Shown: piece after piece, positions 32,325 through 41,272 of the stretch
How positions within the stretch are numbered: position 1 is the stretch's first letter
How the letters are laid out: each line of letters opens with the position of its first letter
Made by a program: the position numbers and the translations under genes
Source: Myxococcota bacterium
GTDB lineage: Bacteria > Myxococcota_A > Polyangia > Nannocystales > Nannocystaceae
Reading direction: 5' to 3'
Assembly (NCBI GenBank): GCA_039028615.1
Contig: JBCCHT010000001.1
Coordinates: 672,001-736,000 of the forward strand
DNA length: 64,000 bases
The notes under the pieces: generated by a model
Databases searched by the model: none
Told to the model about the DNA's origin: nothing
Seen by the model: the letters and a program-made list of their open reading frames with translations, nothing else

Positions 32325-32879
32325 TCAGATCGGCGCGCCGCGATACATCACATCGGTCCGCAGCACGTACTTGGTGCCCTGCTCCACCTGCTGGCCGCAG
32401 TGGCGCAGCCGATGCTCGAACACCAGCGCCATGCCCTTGCGCGGCACGACCGGTTCGATGTGTCCGAAATCGGTGTCCCCTCCGGTAAACCCGTCGTTGA
32501 GGTAGACCATCAAGGTCAGCAGGCTGCGCTCGCGATTGTTGCGGCGGTACGCACCATCACGATGCCAGCGAAAGTACTGACCCGCCTGGTAGCGATAGTA
32601 GCGGAAGCGTTCGTTGAGCCCGACCACGTGGTGGTCCCAGTACTCGCGGGGGATCCACGGCTGCACTCGCTCCCAGAGCCACTTCGCTCGCTTGCGATCG
32701 TCGAGCATGACCCGCGTGTTGTTGCGGATCTCGGGGCGATGCTCGAACCCGGTCAGGGTGGTGATGGGCGCGGTGAGAAACCCGAACGTCTCCGTCTCGT
32801 GCACGAGGGCATCGCACTCGGCCGCACTGAGCACGCCGTCGACGGTGAAGACTCCATGGCCCCGATCTCGAGTTTCCAT
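32325..32879 (-). CDS. 2OG-Fe(II) oxygenase (prolyl 4-hydroxylase-like)
   Basis: LNERFRYYRY..GQYFRWHRDG, TLMVYLND, H.G..V..G.KYVLRTDVMY. Confidence 0.92.
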   Translation of the reverse strand: METRDRGHGVFTVDGVLSAAECDALVHETETFGFLTAPITTLTGFEHRPEIRNNTRVMLDDRKRAKWLWERVQPWIPREYWDHHVVGLNERFRYYRYQAGQYFRWHRDGAYRRNNRERSLLTLMVYLNDGFTGGDTDFGHIEPVVPRKGMALVFEHRLRHCGQQVEQGTKYVLRTDVMYRGAPI

Positions 32880-33018
32880 CGTCTCAGGGTGCGCCGCGAC
32901 ACCCGGCCGCGACAGGGCGGCAACCGGGCAAAACCGGGCATGAACTCGAATTCGGCCCCGTATCGGGGGTTCTGCGGCCGACGGCTTTGGTACACACTGA
33001 TCGGTAGCGCCTCGCCCC

Positions 33019-35340
33019 ATGGTGTTGGTCTTTCACCACGAGCTGCTCGCCACGGCGCGACTGGAGCTGGGACTGACCCAGGAGCAGGCCGCGGCCGCGC
33101 TGCAGATCGACGTGCGGACCTATCGCCGCTACGAGACGGGGGCCGTCAACGACGCCAAACGAGGCTTCTCCGTCCGTCGCGCGGGTCGCCGACAGCTGCT
33201 GGCCCGCATCGGGCGGGAGCTGGGAATCGCCACGGAGGAGCTGGTCCGACCGCGGGAGGACGGGCCCGCTCCCGCCGCCCCGAGCCCCGCTTCGTTCACC
33301 CATGTGCTCCAGCCCGCTCAGCATTTCGTGGGCCGCGAGCGGGAACTCGACGAGCTGCGACGCTGGGCGACCGGGGTGGGCCCTCGCATCGTAGCGGTGG
33401 TCGCGATGGGAGGCGCAGGCAAGTCCGCCCTGTGCCAACGACTGCTCGACGACCGAAGCGAGGACGGCCACGCGCCGCCGCTGGTCTGGAGCTTCTACGA
33501 CGACGCGCGCATCGAGGGCTTCATGGCGGCCGCGCTGCGTCACCTGGGGGCGGCCTCCGGGGCCACCGCCCCGCTCGAGGTGGTCGAGCAACTGCTGGCC
33601 CAGGTCGGCGACGCGACGCCCCGATTGCTGGTGCTCGATGGCCTGGAAGCGGTGCAATCGACCGGTCGGCGACGCCCGCCCGGCTCCATCGTCGATGCCC
33701 ACCTGCGGCGGCTTCTGAGCAGCATTGCCGGATCCGACGGCGGCACGCGGGTGCTCGTCACCAGCCGGAGCCCGCTGGTCGATCTGCGGGCCTGGGAGGG
33801 TCGTGGGCTGCGGACGATGCACTTGGGGCCGCTGGACGAGCCGGCCCAGCTGGAGCTGCTGCGTCGCTGGGGCATCGACGGCACCCAGGCTCAGGCATCC
33901 CAGGCGCTGTCCCGCTACGGGGGCCACGCCCTCACCGTCGCCACGCTCGCATCGTATGCGGCCGGGTTCCACGAGGGCTCGCTGGCCTCCATTCCGGCCA
34001 TCGACCTGAGCGAGGCGGCGAGCGACGACCTGCTGGCGTTCCGACTGGCGCGGGTGCTGGAGGCCTACGCCGGTTCCATGACCGAGGCTCAGCGCGACCT
34101 GGTGGCGAGGGTGTCGCTCTTTCCTCGCGGGGCCGACGTGCCCACGCTGCTGTCGATGACCCGAGCGGCACCGAAGCTCGCGGGCGCCATGCCGCAACAC
34201 AAGCGCGAGGTGGTGCGCACGCTGTCGCAGCTCGAGACGATGGGAGTCATCTACCGCAACCGAGAGGCCGAGAGCGTGTTCTCGGCGCACCCCTTCGTGG
34301 CCGAGCACTTTCGCCGAGAACTCGGCCACCGCCGACTCGAGCTGCACGAGGCCTTGCGCCGCCAGCTCGCGGAACGCATCGCGGCCGCGCCACGCCCTGG
34401 CGCCGACCTGGTGGAAGACCTGCTCATGCAGACGCTGCTCGCGGGCGATCCCGAGGCCGCGGTGTCGCTGTACGAGCGGCGCCTGGGCGGCTTCGACACC
34501 CTGGGGCTCGAGCGCGGCGAGATGGCTCGCGGCCAGCGAGTGGTCCGCGGGTTCTTCCTCGATGGCGACCCCGCCCAACCGCGACCGGGCACGCCCGCCC
34601 GGGCGATTGGCGGCCTGCTCTACGACCTCGCGTTGTTCTCCAATGCGATGGGCGACCCGCGATACGCCCGGCTGTGCCTCGAGCACTTCGTCGATCGGGT
34701 GCAGGCCTCGCCTCGGGCGCATGTGACCGGATGGCGAACGAAGGCGTACGTGCTGCGCCTGGAAGGTCGGCTCGACGAGGCCCGTACCGCCATCGAGCGC
34801 GCTCTCGAGCTCAGCGCGGCGATGGCCGATCACCACGTCCGCAACCTCGCGCTGTGTGCCGCCATCGAGCACGACCGAGGCGACTTCGATGCGGCGGCGC
34901 AGCTGTTCTCGCGAGCGAATACCATCGATCCTCGCCCCCGGTTTCGGCGAGCACTGTGGGAGGCGGAGCACCTGGTGGATCGGCAGCGCTACGACGAGGC
35001 AGCCACGATCGCCGGGCGTCAGCGAGAGACCTGCCGACGCCTGGGCTGGAGCGGGCACATCTCCCACTGCGAGGTCGTGCTGGGGCACTGCGAGGTCCAG
35101 CACGACCCCGAGGCTGCCGCCCGACTGCTGGCCGATGCCCGCCCGTGGGCCTATCGCAGCGGAGAGGTCGAAGCACAGCTGCGCTGCATGGAGCTGGCCC
35201 TGCGCCTATGTGCCACCGACGACGAAGCGGCCGAGCTGCGGACGAACAGCCTCGAGCTGGCCCGCAGCTCGAGCTACGGCCGCTTCGAGGCGCGCCTGGC
35301 TGAGTCGCCTGCCAACCCGACTCGCCCCCGCCCCGCGTGA
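33019..35340 (+). CDS. XRE-HTH + STAND (NB-ARC/AAA-like) ATPase + TPR regulator
   Basis: ARLELGLTQEQAAAALQIDVRTYRRYE HTH; HFVGRERELDEL; Walker A MGGAGKS; Walker B LLVLDGLE; VLVTSR; GGHAL; C-terminal TPR-like helices. Confidence 0.85.
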   Translation: MVLVFHHELLATARLELGLTQEQAAAALQIDVRTYRRYETGAVNDAKRGFSVRRAGRRQLLARIGRELGIATEELVRPREDGPAPAAPSPASFTHVLQPAQHFVGRERELDELRRWATGVGPRIVAVVAMGGAGKSALCQRLLDDRSEDGHAPPLVWSFYDDARIEGFMAAALRHLGAASGATAPLEVVEQLLAQVGDATPRLLVLDGLEAVQSTGRRRPPGSIVDAHLRRLLSSIAGSDGGTRVLVTSRSPLVDLRAWEGRGLRTMHLGPLDEPAQLELLRRWGIDGTQAQASQALSRYGGHALTVATLASYAAGFHEGSLASIPAIDLSEAASDDLLAFRLARVLEAYAGSMTEAQRDLVARVSLFPRGADVPTLLSMTRAAPKLAGAMPQHKREVVRTLSQLETMGVIYRNREAESVFSAHPFVAEHFRRELGHRRLELHEALRRQLAERIAAAPRPGADLVEDLLMQTLLAGDPEAAVSLYERRLGGFDTLGLERGEMARGQRVVRGFFLDGDPAQPRPGTPARAIGGLLYDLALFSNAMGDPRYARLCLEHFVDRVQASPRAHVTGWRTKAYVLRLEGRLDEARTAIERALELSAAMADHHVRNLALCAAIEHDRGDFDAAAQLFSRANTIDPRPRFRRALWEAEHLVDRQRYDEAATIAGRQRETCRRLGWSGHISHCEVVLGHCEVQHDPEAAARLLADARPWAYRSGEVEAQLRCMELALRLCATDDEAAELRTNSLELARSSSYGRFEARLAESPANPTRPRPA

Positions 35341-35438
35341 TGACGCCCTGTCTCCACGACGCGGCGAAACCGTCGTCGGACCGACCGTGAACACGTGCCC
35401 CCGGGTGGCGGCACGGTCGTTGCACAACGCCGAGGGCG

Positions 35439-36797
35439 ATGACCGTCGAGGCCCCGTCCCCACCGCCGAGCCCGAGCGCCACCCGGCGCCTGCTCCATCG
35501 CTGGCTCGTCCAGTACAACCCCCTTTATCTCCTCAGCGCCGCGTTGGTGCTGGTGGGCGTCATCCTCTCCTCGATGGGCCTGGCGGGGGGCGGTACTGCG
35601 GCGCAGCTGGGCGTGACCGCCGTGGCCGAAGTCTACGCATGGGCGCTCATCGGTAGCGCAGCCCTGCTGGTGAAGATGGGACAACGACGACCGGCCCTCA
35701 TGCTCATCTTGCTGACCGCGGTGTACCAGTGCGACCTGACGCTGCACACGGAGACCTGTGTCTACCTCGGCCTGCCCGGGGTCATCGGCAGCGCCCTGTG
35801 GTGGGTAGGCTTCGCCGCCAAGCTCCGCGCGATGGTCACGGTGATGAAGGTCCGGCTCTCGTTGTCGGCCCTGTTCGTGCCCCTGGGCGGCGCGGCATTG
35901 ATCGCCACGGTGCCGTGGGCGCTGCGAACGTTGGAGCCGACGGCGGCCTCTTCAGTGCTCGGCGTGGGTCTGTTCGCGCTCTCGTGCGGTGCCCTGTGGA
36001 CGGCGCGATGCCTGCACAGCCGCTTGATCGACGGCGAGTGGGCGGCCACCGTCGCCGGCCGCTCGATCCGTGCCATCTGGATCGGCTGGGCGGGGATGGT
36101 GCTGGCCCACGTGGGCTTCTGGTTTTCGCAGAACCCTTCGCTGGAGGTCGTGGTGCTCGTGCCCGTGGCCCTGCTGGCGAGCACGCGGTTCATCGACCGG
36201 GAGTTCGGCGTCTGGTTCGTGGTGGTCGTCACCCTCGGGTACATGGGCATCGCCGCCCCTTCCCTGTTCGCCCTCACCGCGGTCATGGCCGCCTTCGTGC
36301 TGGTCTTGCGAGCCCTTCGCAGACCCACGCTCGTGGCAGCGGCTCGCCCCTCGGGAGTGACGGACGGCGACGACGTCTATCGCAAGGACCCCGACGTTGC
36401 GTCCCCGATTGCTCCGCCTCGGTTGATCTTCCGCCCGGAGGGCGCGGCGGCGCGCGAGCGCCTGTTGAGCGGGGCGGCGGGCTGCCTGTACCTGGCGCTC
36501 TGGGCCTGGGGATGGTCGGGCGGCGACTGGCCGCAGGCGCCATGGTGGCTGCTGGGGCTGCTGCTCGTCGTCACTGCGGTGGTCCTGAAAAAGCGTCGCC
36601 CCCTCGTGTTCCTCTTGCTGCCCGGGACGGTCACCGGTCACCTCGCGTGGTCCTGGGACGCGATTGGCCGACCGGAGTCCCCCCTCGAGTGGGGCGCCAC
36701 CTGCATCACGCTGGGCTTTGCTCTGCTCGCGGTGGGGCTGGTGGTCAACGTGCGATGGCGCCACCACCTGGTGAGCACCCCTGCGTCCGAGCATTGA
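35439..36797 (+). CDS. Hypothetical polytopic membrane protein
   Basis: NPLYLLSAALVL start; more than 10 hydrophobic segments. Confidence 0.75.
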   Translation: MTVEAPSPPPSPSATRRLLHRWLVQYNPLYLLSAALVLVGVILSSMGLAGGGTAAQLGVTAVAEVYAWALIGSAALLVKMGQRRPALMLILLTAVYQCDLTLHTETCVYLGLPGVIGSALWWVGFAAKLRAMVTVMKVRLSLSALFVPLGGAALIATVPWALRTLEPTAASSVLGVGLFALSCGALWTARCLHSRLIDGEWAATVAGRSIRAIWIGWAGMVLAHVGFWFSQNPSLEVVVLVPVALLASTRFIDREFGVWFVVVVTLGYMGIAAPSLFALTAVMAAFVLVLRALRRPTLVAAARPSGVTDGDDVYRKDPDVASPIAPPRLIFRPEGAAARERLLSGAAGCLYLALWAWGWSGGDWPQAPWWLLGLLLVVTAVVLKKRRPLVFLLLPGTVTGHLAWSWDAIGRPESPLEWGATCITLGFALLAVGLVVNVRWRHHLVSTPASEH

Positions 36798-36809
36798 GCG
36801 GGACCAGGT

Positions 36810-37871
36810 TCACTCGCGCAGGACGAGCAGCTCCAGCTCGGGTGTGCACTCGAGCCCCGCCAAGGTCTGCCCCCGAGCGAAGGTCGCCGCATCCCCGCGA
36901 CGCAGCGTCTGCTTGGAATCCGTGCCCCAGCTCATCGCGCCCTCGAGCACGAACGCGAAGTTGAAGTCGGCGTCGAAGCTCAGACCCGCCGGGCGAGCCG
37001 AGGCGAGCGGGCGTACGACCTCGGCCGTCACTCGTCCGCTGGCTCGCCCGATCCCGAGATCGCGAGCCTCGAACCCGGGCAGGCGCCACGGCGCCCAACG
37101 AGCCCGGCTCGCCCGATGGCGCGTGAACCTCTGCCCACCGAACGAACGATCGAAGCGCACCACCTCCGTCGGCAGCGTCAGCTCGTGGTCGACGAGCGTC
37201 TCGTGCAGCGCGGGGCACCCGACCTCCACCACCTCGAGGCCATCCGAGCTCTCGAGCACGCGATGGCGAATCTCGGGCGGCTGCAGCACGCAGTCGCCCG
37301 CCTCGAGCACGAACTCGGGGCCTTGATCTTCGTAGACCACGCGGACCCATCCCCGGTAGCAGTAAATCATCTGAAAGGCGACCCGGTGGTAGTGCACGTA
37401 GTCGGGTACGGGACCGCCCTCTGGAACGCGAATATGAGAGGCGATGAAGCGGCCGCCACAACGCGACGGGATGAGGTCGCGATACTGCATGCCCGCCCGG
37501 CCCTCGACCCACCGGGCGTCCTCGCCATCGGCCCGGGTGAACTCGAAATGGGCCTCGTACTCCGGTAGGTCCAACGGAGGGCTGAGCGGCACGAGCTCGA
37601 TCGTGGTGCCGTTGGGTGCCACGACCGTCTCCCCCGCGATTCGCTCGCGACAGTGCAAGCGCAGGCTCGTCGGCGCCGCCTCGAGTTCGCGGTCGAGCCG
37701 CAATCGCACGCCGAACCCCGACACGACGATCTGTCGCGGGTCGTCCGCGGGGAACACCGCGTCCACGCGAAAGCCCAGCCGCTCGGTGAAAAAGGCGAGG
37801 GTCTCGTCCAGCGGCGCACCCGGGATGGCCACCTCGGCCTGCTCGACCGTCGCTCGCGGCAACTTTCCCAT
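36810..37871 (-). CDS. VOC/glyoxalase-like + cupin domain protein
   Basis: LDETLAFFTERLGFR N-terminus; HYHRVAFQMIY...GDCVLQPPEIRHRV cupin motifs. Confidence 0.85.
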   Translation of the reverse strand: MGKLPRATVEQAEVAIPGAPLDETLAFFTERLGFRVDAVFPADDPRQIVVSGFGVRLRLDRELEAAPTSLRLHCRERIAGETVVAPNGTTIELVPLSPPLDLPEYEAHFEFTRADGEDARWVEGRAGMQYRDLIPSRCGGRFIASHIRVPEGGPVPDYVHYHRVAFQMIYCYRGWVRVVYEDQGPEFVLEAGDCVLQPPEIRHRVLESSDGLEVVEVGCPALHETLVDHELTLPTEVVRFDRSFGGQRFTRHRASRARWAPWRLPGFEARDLGIGRASGRVTAEVVRPLASARPAGLSFDADFNFAFVLEGAMSWGTDSKQTLRRGDAATFARGQTLAGLECTPELELLVLRE

Positions 37872-37892
37872 GAGGTTTGATACCTCTACTGT

Positions 37893-39143
37893 GTGGCCGT
37901 GTCGATCACCCGAGCGCAGTGCCAGGCCCTGGACGACTCCGATCCCCTCGCCCCGTTGCGCGCTCGGTTCTCGCTCCCCGAGGGTGTGATCTACCTCGAT
38001 GGCAACTCGCTCGGCGCCCGTTCTCAGAGTGCGATGGCGGTGGCGAAGCGGGTCATCGAACGAGAGTGGGGCGTGGGCCTGATCCGCAGCTGGACGGCCG
38101 CAGACTGGATCGACGGCCCGTTGCGCGTCGGTACCGTACTCGCTCGATTGCTGGGTGCGGCGGAGGGCCAAGTGCTGGTCACCGACTCCACCACCGCCAA
38201 CCTCTTCAAGCTGTTGACCGCCGCCCTCCATCACCAGGCGCCCCGCCGGGTCGTCCTGCTCGAGGAAGAAAACTTCCCGGCCGACAACTACATCGCGCAA
38301 GGGGTCGCACGAGCGATGGCGGCCGACGTCGAGCTGCGGCGGGTGCCCGGAGCGGACCTCGAGCATGCGCTCGACGAGGACGTCGCGGTGGTCGTGGCCA
38401 GTCACGTCAACTATCGCAGCGGGGTGGCGCTCGACATGGCGGGCATCAACGCTCGGGCCGCGCAGGTCGGCGCGTTGACCCTGTGGGACCTGGCCCATAG
38501 CGCGGGCGTGCTCGACGTCCGGCTCGACGAGACGGGGGCAGACCTCGCCGTGGGTTGTGGCTACAAGTATCTCAACGGTGGTCCGGGGGCCCCCGCCTTC
38601 CTCTACGTCGCCCGTCGCCACCAACGGACGCTGCAATCGCCGATGGCGGGATGGATGGGCCACGCCCAGCCCTTCGAGTTCGGGCCCGACTACGAGCCTG
38701 CGCCCGGCATCCTCCGCTTTGCTTGCGGGACGCCGGGCATCGTGGGTCTGTCGCTCCTCGAAGATGCGCTCGATCAGCTGCGCGACGTCGCGGCCGCCGA
38801 GCTCCAGGCCAAGGCCAGCCGCATGGTTCGGACCTTCATCGAGCTCGTCCGGGAGCGCTGCCCCGAGCCGGAGATGCAGCGGCTCGGCCCGGACGAGTTC
38901 GACGATGGCCAACGCGGCGGGCACGTGACGATCACCCACCCGCAGGGCTACGGCGTCGTCCAGGCCCTCATCGCTCGGCAGGTCATCCCCGACTTTCGGG
39001 CCCCCGGCGGCATGCGCTTCGGGTTCGCGCCCGCGTACACGAGCTTCGTCGACCTGTGGGATGCCGTGCAGCACCTGCGCGAGGTCCTCGACGGCCGCGA
39101 GTACGACGACCCTTGCCACCAGACTCGCAGCCGCGTGACCTGA
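37893..39143 (+). CDS. kynU: Kynureninase
   Basis: IYLDGNSLG, WDLAHSAG, GCGYKYLNGGPG, GWMGH, DFRAP..RFGFAP; true start may be GTG 37899. Confidence 0.95.
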   Translation: MAVSITRAQCQALDDSDPLAPLRARFSLPEGVIYLDGNSLGARSQSAMAVAKRVIEREWGVGLIRSWTAADWIDGPLRVGTVLARLLGAAEGQVLVTDSTTANLFKLLTAALHHQAPRRVVLLEEENFPADNYIAQGVARAMAADVELRRVPGADLEHALDEDVAVVVASHVNYRSGVALDMAGINARAAQVGALTLWDLAHSAGVLDVRLDETGADLAVGCGYKYLNGGPGAPAFLYVARRHQRTLQSPMAGWMGHAQPFEFGPDYEPAPGILRFACGTPGIVGLSLLEDALDQLRDVAAAELQAKASRMVRTFIELVRERCPEPEMQRLGPDEFDDGQRGGHVTITHPQGYGVVQALIARQVIPDFRAPGGMRFGFAPAYTSFVDLWDAVQHLREVLDGREYDDPCHQTRSRVT

Positions 39144-39159
39144 GCCGCGACGCTCGCGT

Positions 39160-39471
39160 CTACCGCATCAGGTTCCCGAGGCCGCCCGCGTCATGGGCAT
39201 CGAAGCCGGCCTCCACCAGCTGCCGTACCGCCTTGGCGCTGCGCATACCCGAGCGGCAGTAGGCCACGATCGGCCGGTCTCGAGGCAGCTCCGAAGACCG
39301 CTGCGCCAGCTCACCCAACGGCACGTTCACCGCGTCCGGGGCCGCGCCGCTCGCGAACTCACTGGGGCCGCGCACGTCCAGCACGAAGGCGCCCTGTTCG
39401 ATCAATCGCGTCGCGGTGGCGGGATCGATGCGAGGCACGGAGCGGCCGAAAATCTTGTCGAGTCCGAACAT
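39160..39471 (-). CDS. Rhodanese-like sulfurtransferase
   Basis: VLDVRGPSEF, AVNVPL, YCRSGMRS, GG. Confidence 0.9.
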   Translation of the reverse strand: MFGLDKIFGRSVPRIDPATATRLIEQGAFVLDVRGPSEFASGAAPDAVNVPLGELAQRSSELPRDRPIVAYCRSGMRSAKAVRQLVEAGFDAHDAGGLGNLMR

Positions 39472-39679
39472 TGGTTTTCCTCGAAGCGTCACGAAGCAAA
39501 GCTCGTGCCACGCCCATGGATGCACGGGTGGCCCGGCCGCGACAAGTGGCTGCTACATGCGTTGCAAGGCGTTGCAACACGGCCCACCTGCGGCGCAACG
39601 GACCAACCGTATCACCGCGCTCGATTCGAGGCCTCCGGTCGCTCGGGGTCGGTCACCACCGGCTGCGCCTCTTCGGCGC

Positions 39680-41092
39680 TCAGTCCTGCCAATAAAACAG
39701 CAGGTCAGACACCCGCAGCGGCTCGCGAGACCCGAAGAAGTAGACGGGGAGCCCGTCGAAGACGTGCTCGGCGAGTTCGTCGTCGATCCAGCGAAAGCCC
39801 GCCTGCTCGACCGCGGTGATGGCCGCCTCGGGAAGGCTATGCACCGCCCTCACGAAGGGGCCGAAGGTGCACACGGACACCGAGCCTCCAGACACATCGA
39901 ACACGCCGTAGCTCCCGCCGCCCTGCTGATACTTCTCGCCGATTTCCGTGGCCTCGCCGACCTCGAGTCCGATGGAGGCCAACGCCTCACGCGCGCGCTC
40001 GGGATTTTCGGGCTGGGCATCGTCCTCGCGATGCCCGAGGCGGAGACCTTCGAGCAGCAAGCGGGGATCGGTGGAGCGCTCGCCCGGTAAATAGGCTTCG
40101 AGGATGGCGATGCGGACGTCGGCCGGCACTGCGGGATGGGCCAGCGTCGCGTCACCAAGCTGGTCGAGCCGCTCGTGGATGGCCTGCGCCCGCGCATCGC
40201 ACTCGGGCTCTCCACGCGCTGGCAGGCGCTGTGGATCAATCCGGCGACTCGCCACGATCAAGGCCCATGCCGCCGCGGCCGCGCGCCCCGTGAGCGGAGG
40301 CGGAGCCGAGGCCGATGCCCGCAGCGCATCCGCGTGTTCGTCGAATGCCGCCAGCAAGACCTCGTCGTCGATCTCGGCGTCCTGGAGGTGACGAGCGGCG
40401 ACCCCGGCCACGACGACGTTGCGATCCCGCAGCGCACGGATGAGCACCGCCGGGTTGGGCGGACCCTCGGCCAGGCACAGCAGGCCAAAGTGCCGATCCG
40501 CGGCGGTCGCCCCGGATGTGACCAGCTCCGGGACGGTCTTGGCTCCCAAAACGGCCAGCACCTCGTCCAGCCGCACCGCAGCGAACAGAGCCGTCGCCCC
40601 CTGCTCTGCCGTGCGAATGCGATGGTGCCAAGGATCGAAGGCCAGCTTTGCCAGCGCGGACACGGCCTCGAGATCGCCGAGCTTGCAGCGCGCGAGGATG
40701 ACCGCCTGGTCCATGCCATAGGACAGCGCATCGAGGTTTCGCCCCCGCAGCCAGGTCAGCGCCTTCGCCCGAGACTCGGATGCACGCCCCGCCTGGCTCG
40801 CCCACCACGAACCCAGCACGTCGAGCAGCGCGACCCGGACCTCGGCGACGTCACCGTCGTCCTCCACCCGGGCCCATAGCGGCGGCACCAACTCCTCGTG
40901 GATGCGGTCGCGCAGCGCGAACACGCAGGTCCGCCTGCGCCACCAGGGCTCCGATTCGTCGGCGACCGCGGCTGCGAGATGGGCCGGCTCGCTCCACGTG
41001 AGGCGGTCTCCTCCGTCCTCGCCCGGCGCGTGCACGATGCTCGCGATTCGCCGCCGCCCCCGCTGTGCGTCGTCGTCGTCGTTGCCTGCCAT
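39680..41092 (-). CDS. Hypothetical protein with HEAT-like helical N-terminus
   Basis: 470-aa ORF; helical repeats; C-terminal GLPVYFFGSREPLRVSDLLFYWQD. Confidence 0.7.
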   Translation of the reverse strand: MAGNDDDDAQRGRRRIASIVHAPGEDGGDRLTWSEPAHLAAAVADESEPWWRRRTCVFALRDRIHEELVPPLWARVEDDGDVAEVRVALLDVLGSWWASQAGRASESRAKALTWLRGRNLDALSYGMDQAVILARCKLGDLEAVSALAKLAFDPWHHRIRTAEQGATALFAAVRLDEVLAVLGAKTVPELVTSGATAADRHFGLLCLAEGPPNPAVLIRALRDRNVVVAGVAARHLQDAEIDDEVLLAAFDEHADALRASASAPPPLTGRAAAAAWALIVASRRIDPQRLPARGEPECDARAQAIHERLDQLGDATLAHPAVPADVRIAILEAYLPGERSTDPRLLLEGLRLGHREDDAQPENPERAREALASIGLEVGEATEIGEKYQQGGGSYGVFDVSGGSVSVCTFGPFVRAVHSLPEAAITAVEQAGFRWIDDELAEHVFDGLPVYFFGSREPLRVSDLLFYWQD

Positions 41093-41272
41093 GAATCAGC
41101 CTTTCGACCACCAGTAAAAGTCGGAAGCTGTGTCGCCCGCCCAACGGAGCACGATGACCAGCCGCATGCCCCGAGTATGCGCCAGCCCACTCGTCATCGC
41201 TCGATCGAATGAAAATCCACACATCCGGCCCGATTGGAGAGTCCCCGGCTCGCGAGAGATGATGGTCGACGC

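Noticed and set aside
32400..35303. 967-aa Arg/Pro/Gly-rich ORF
   Set aside because: Alternative frame over the STAND regulator; low-complexity composition
37872..39119. N-terminal half of track ORF 36810..39119
   Set aside because: Antisense to kynU; the cupin gene starts at 37871
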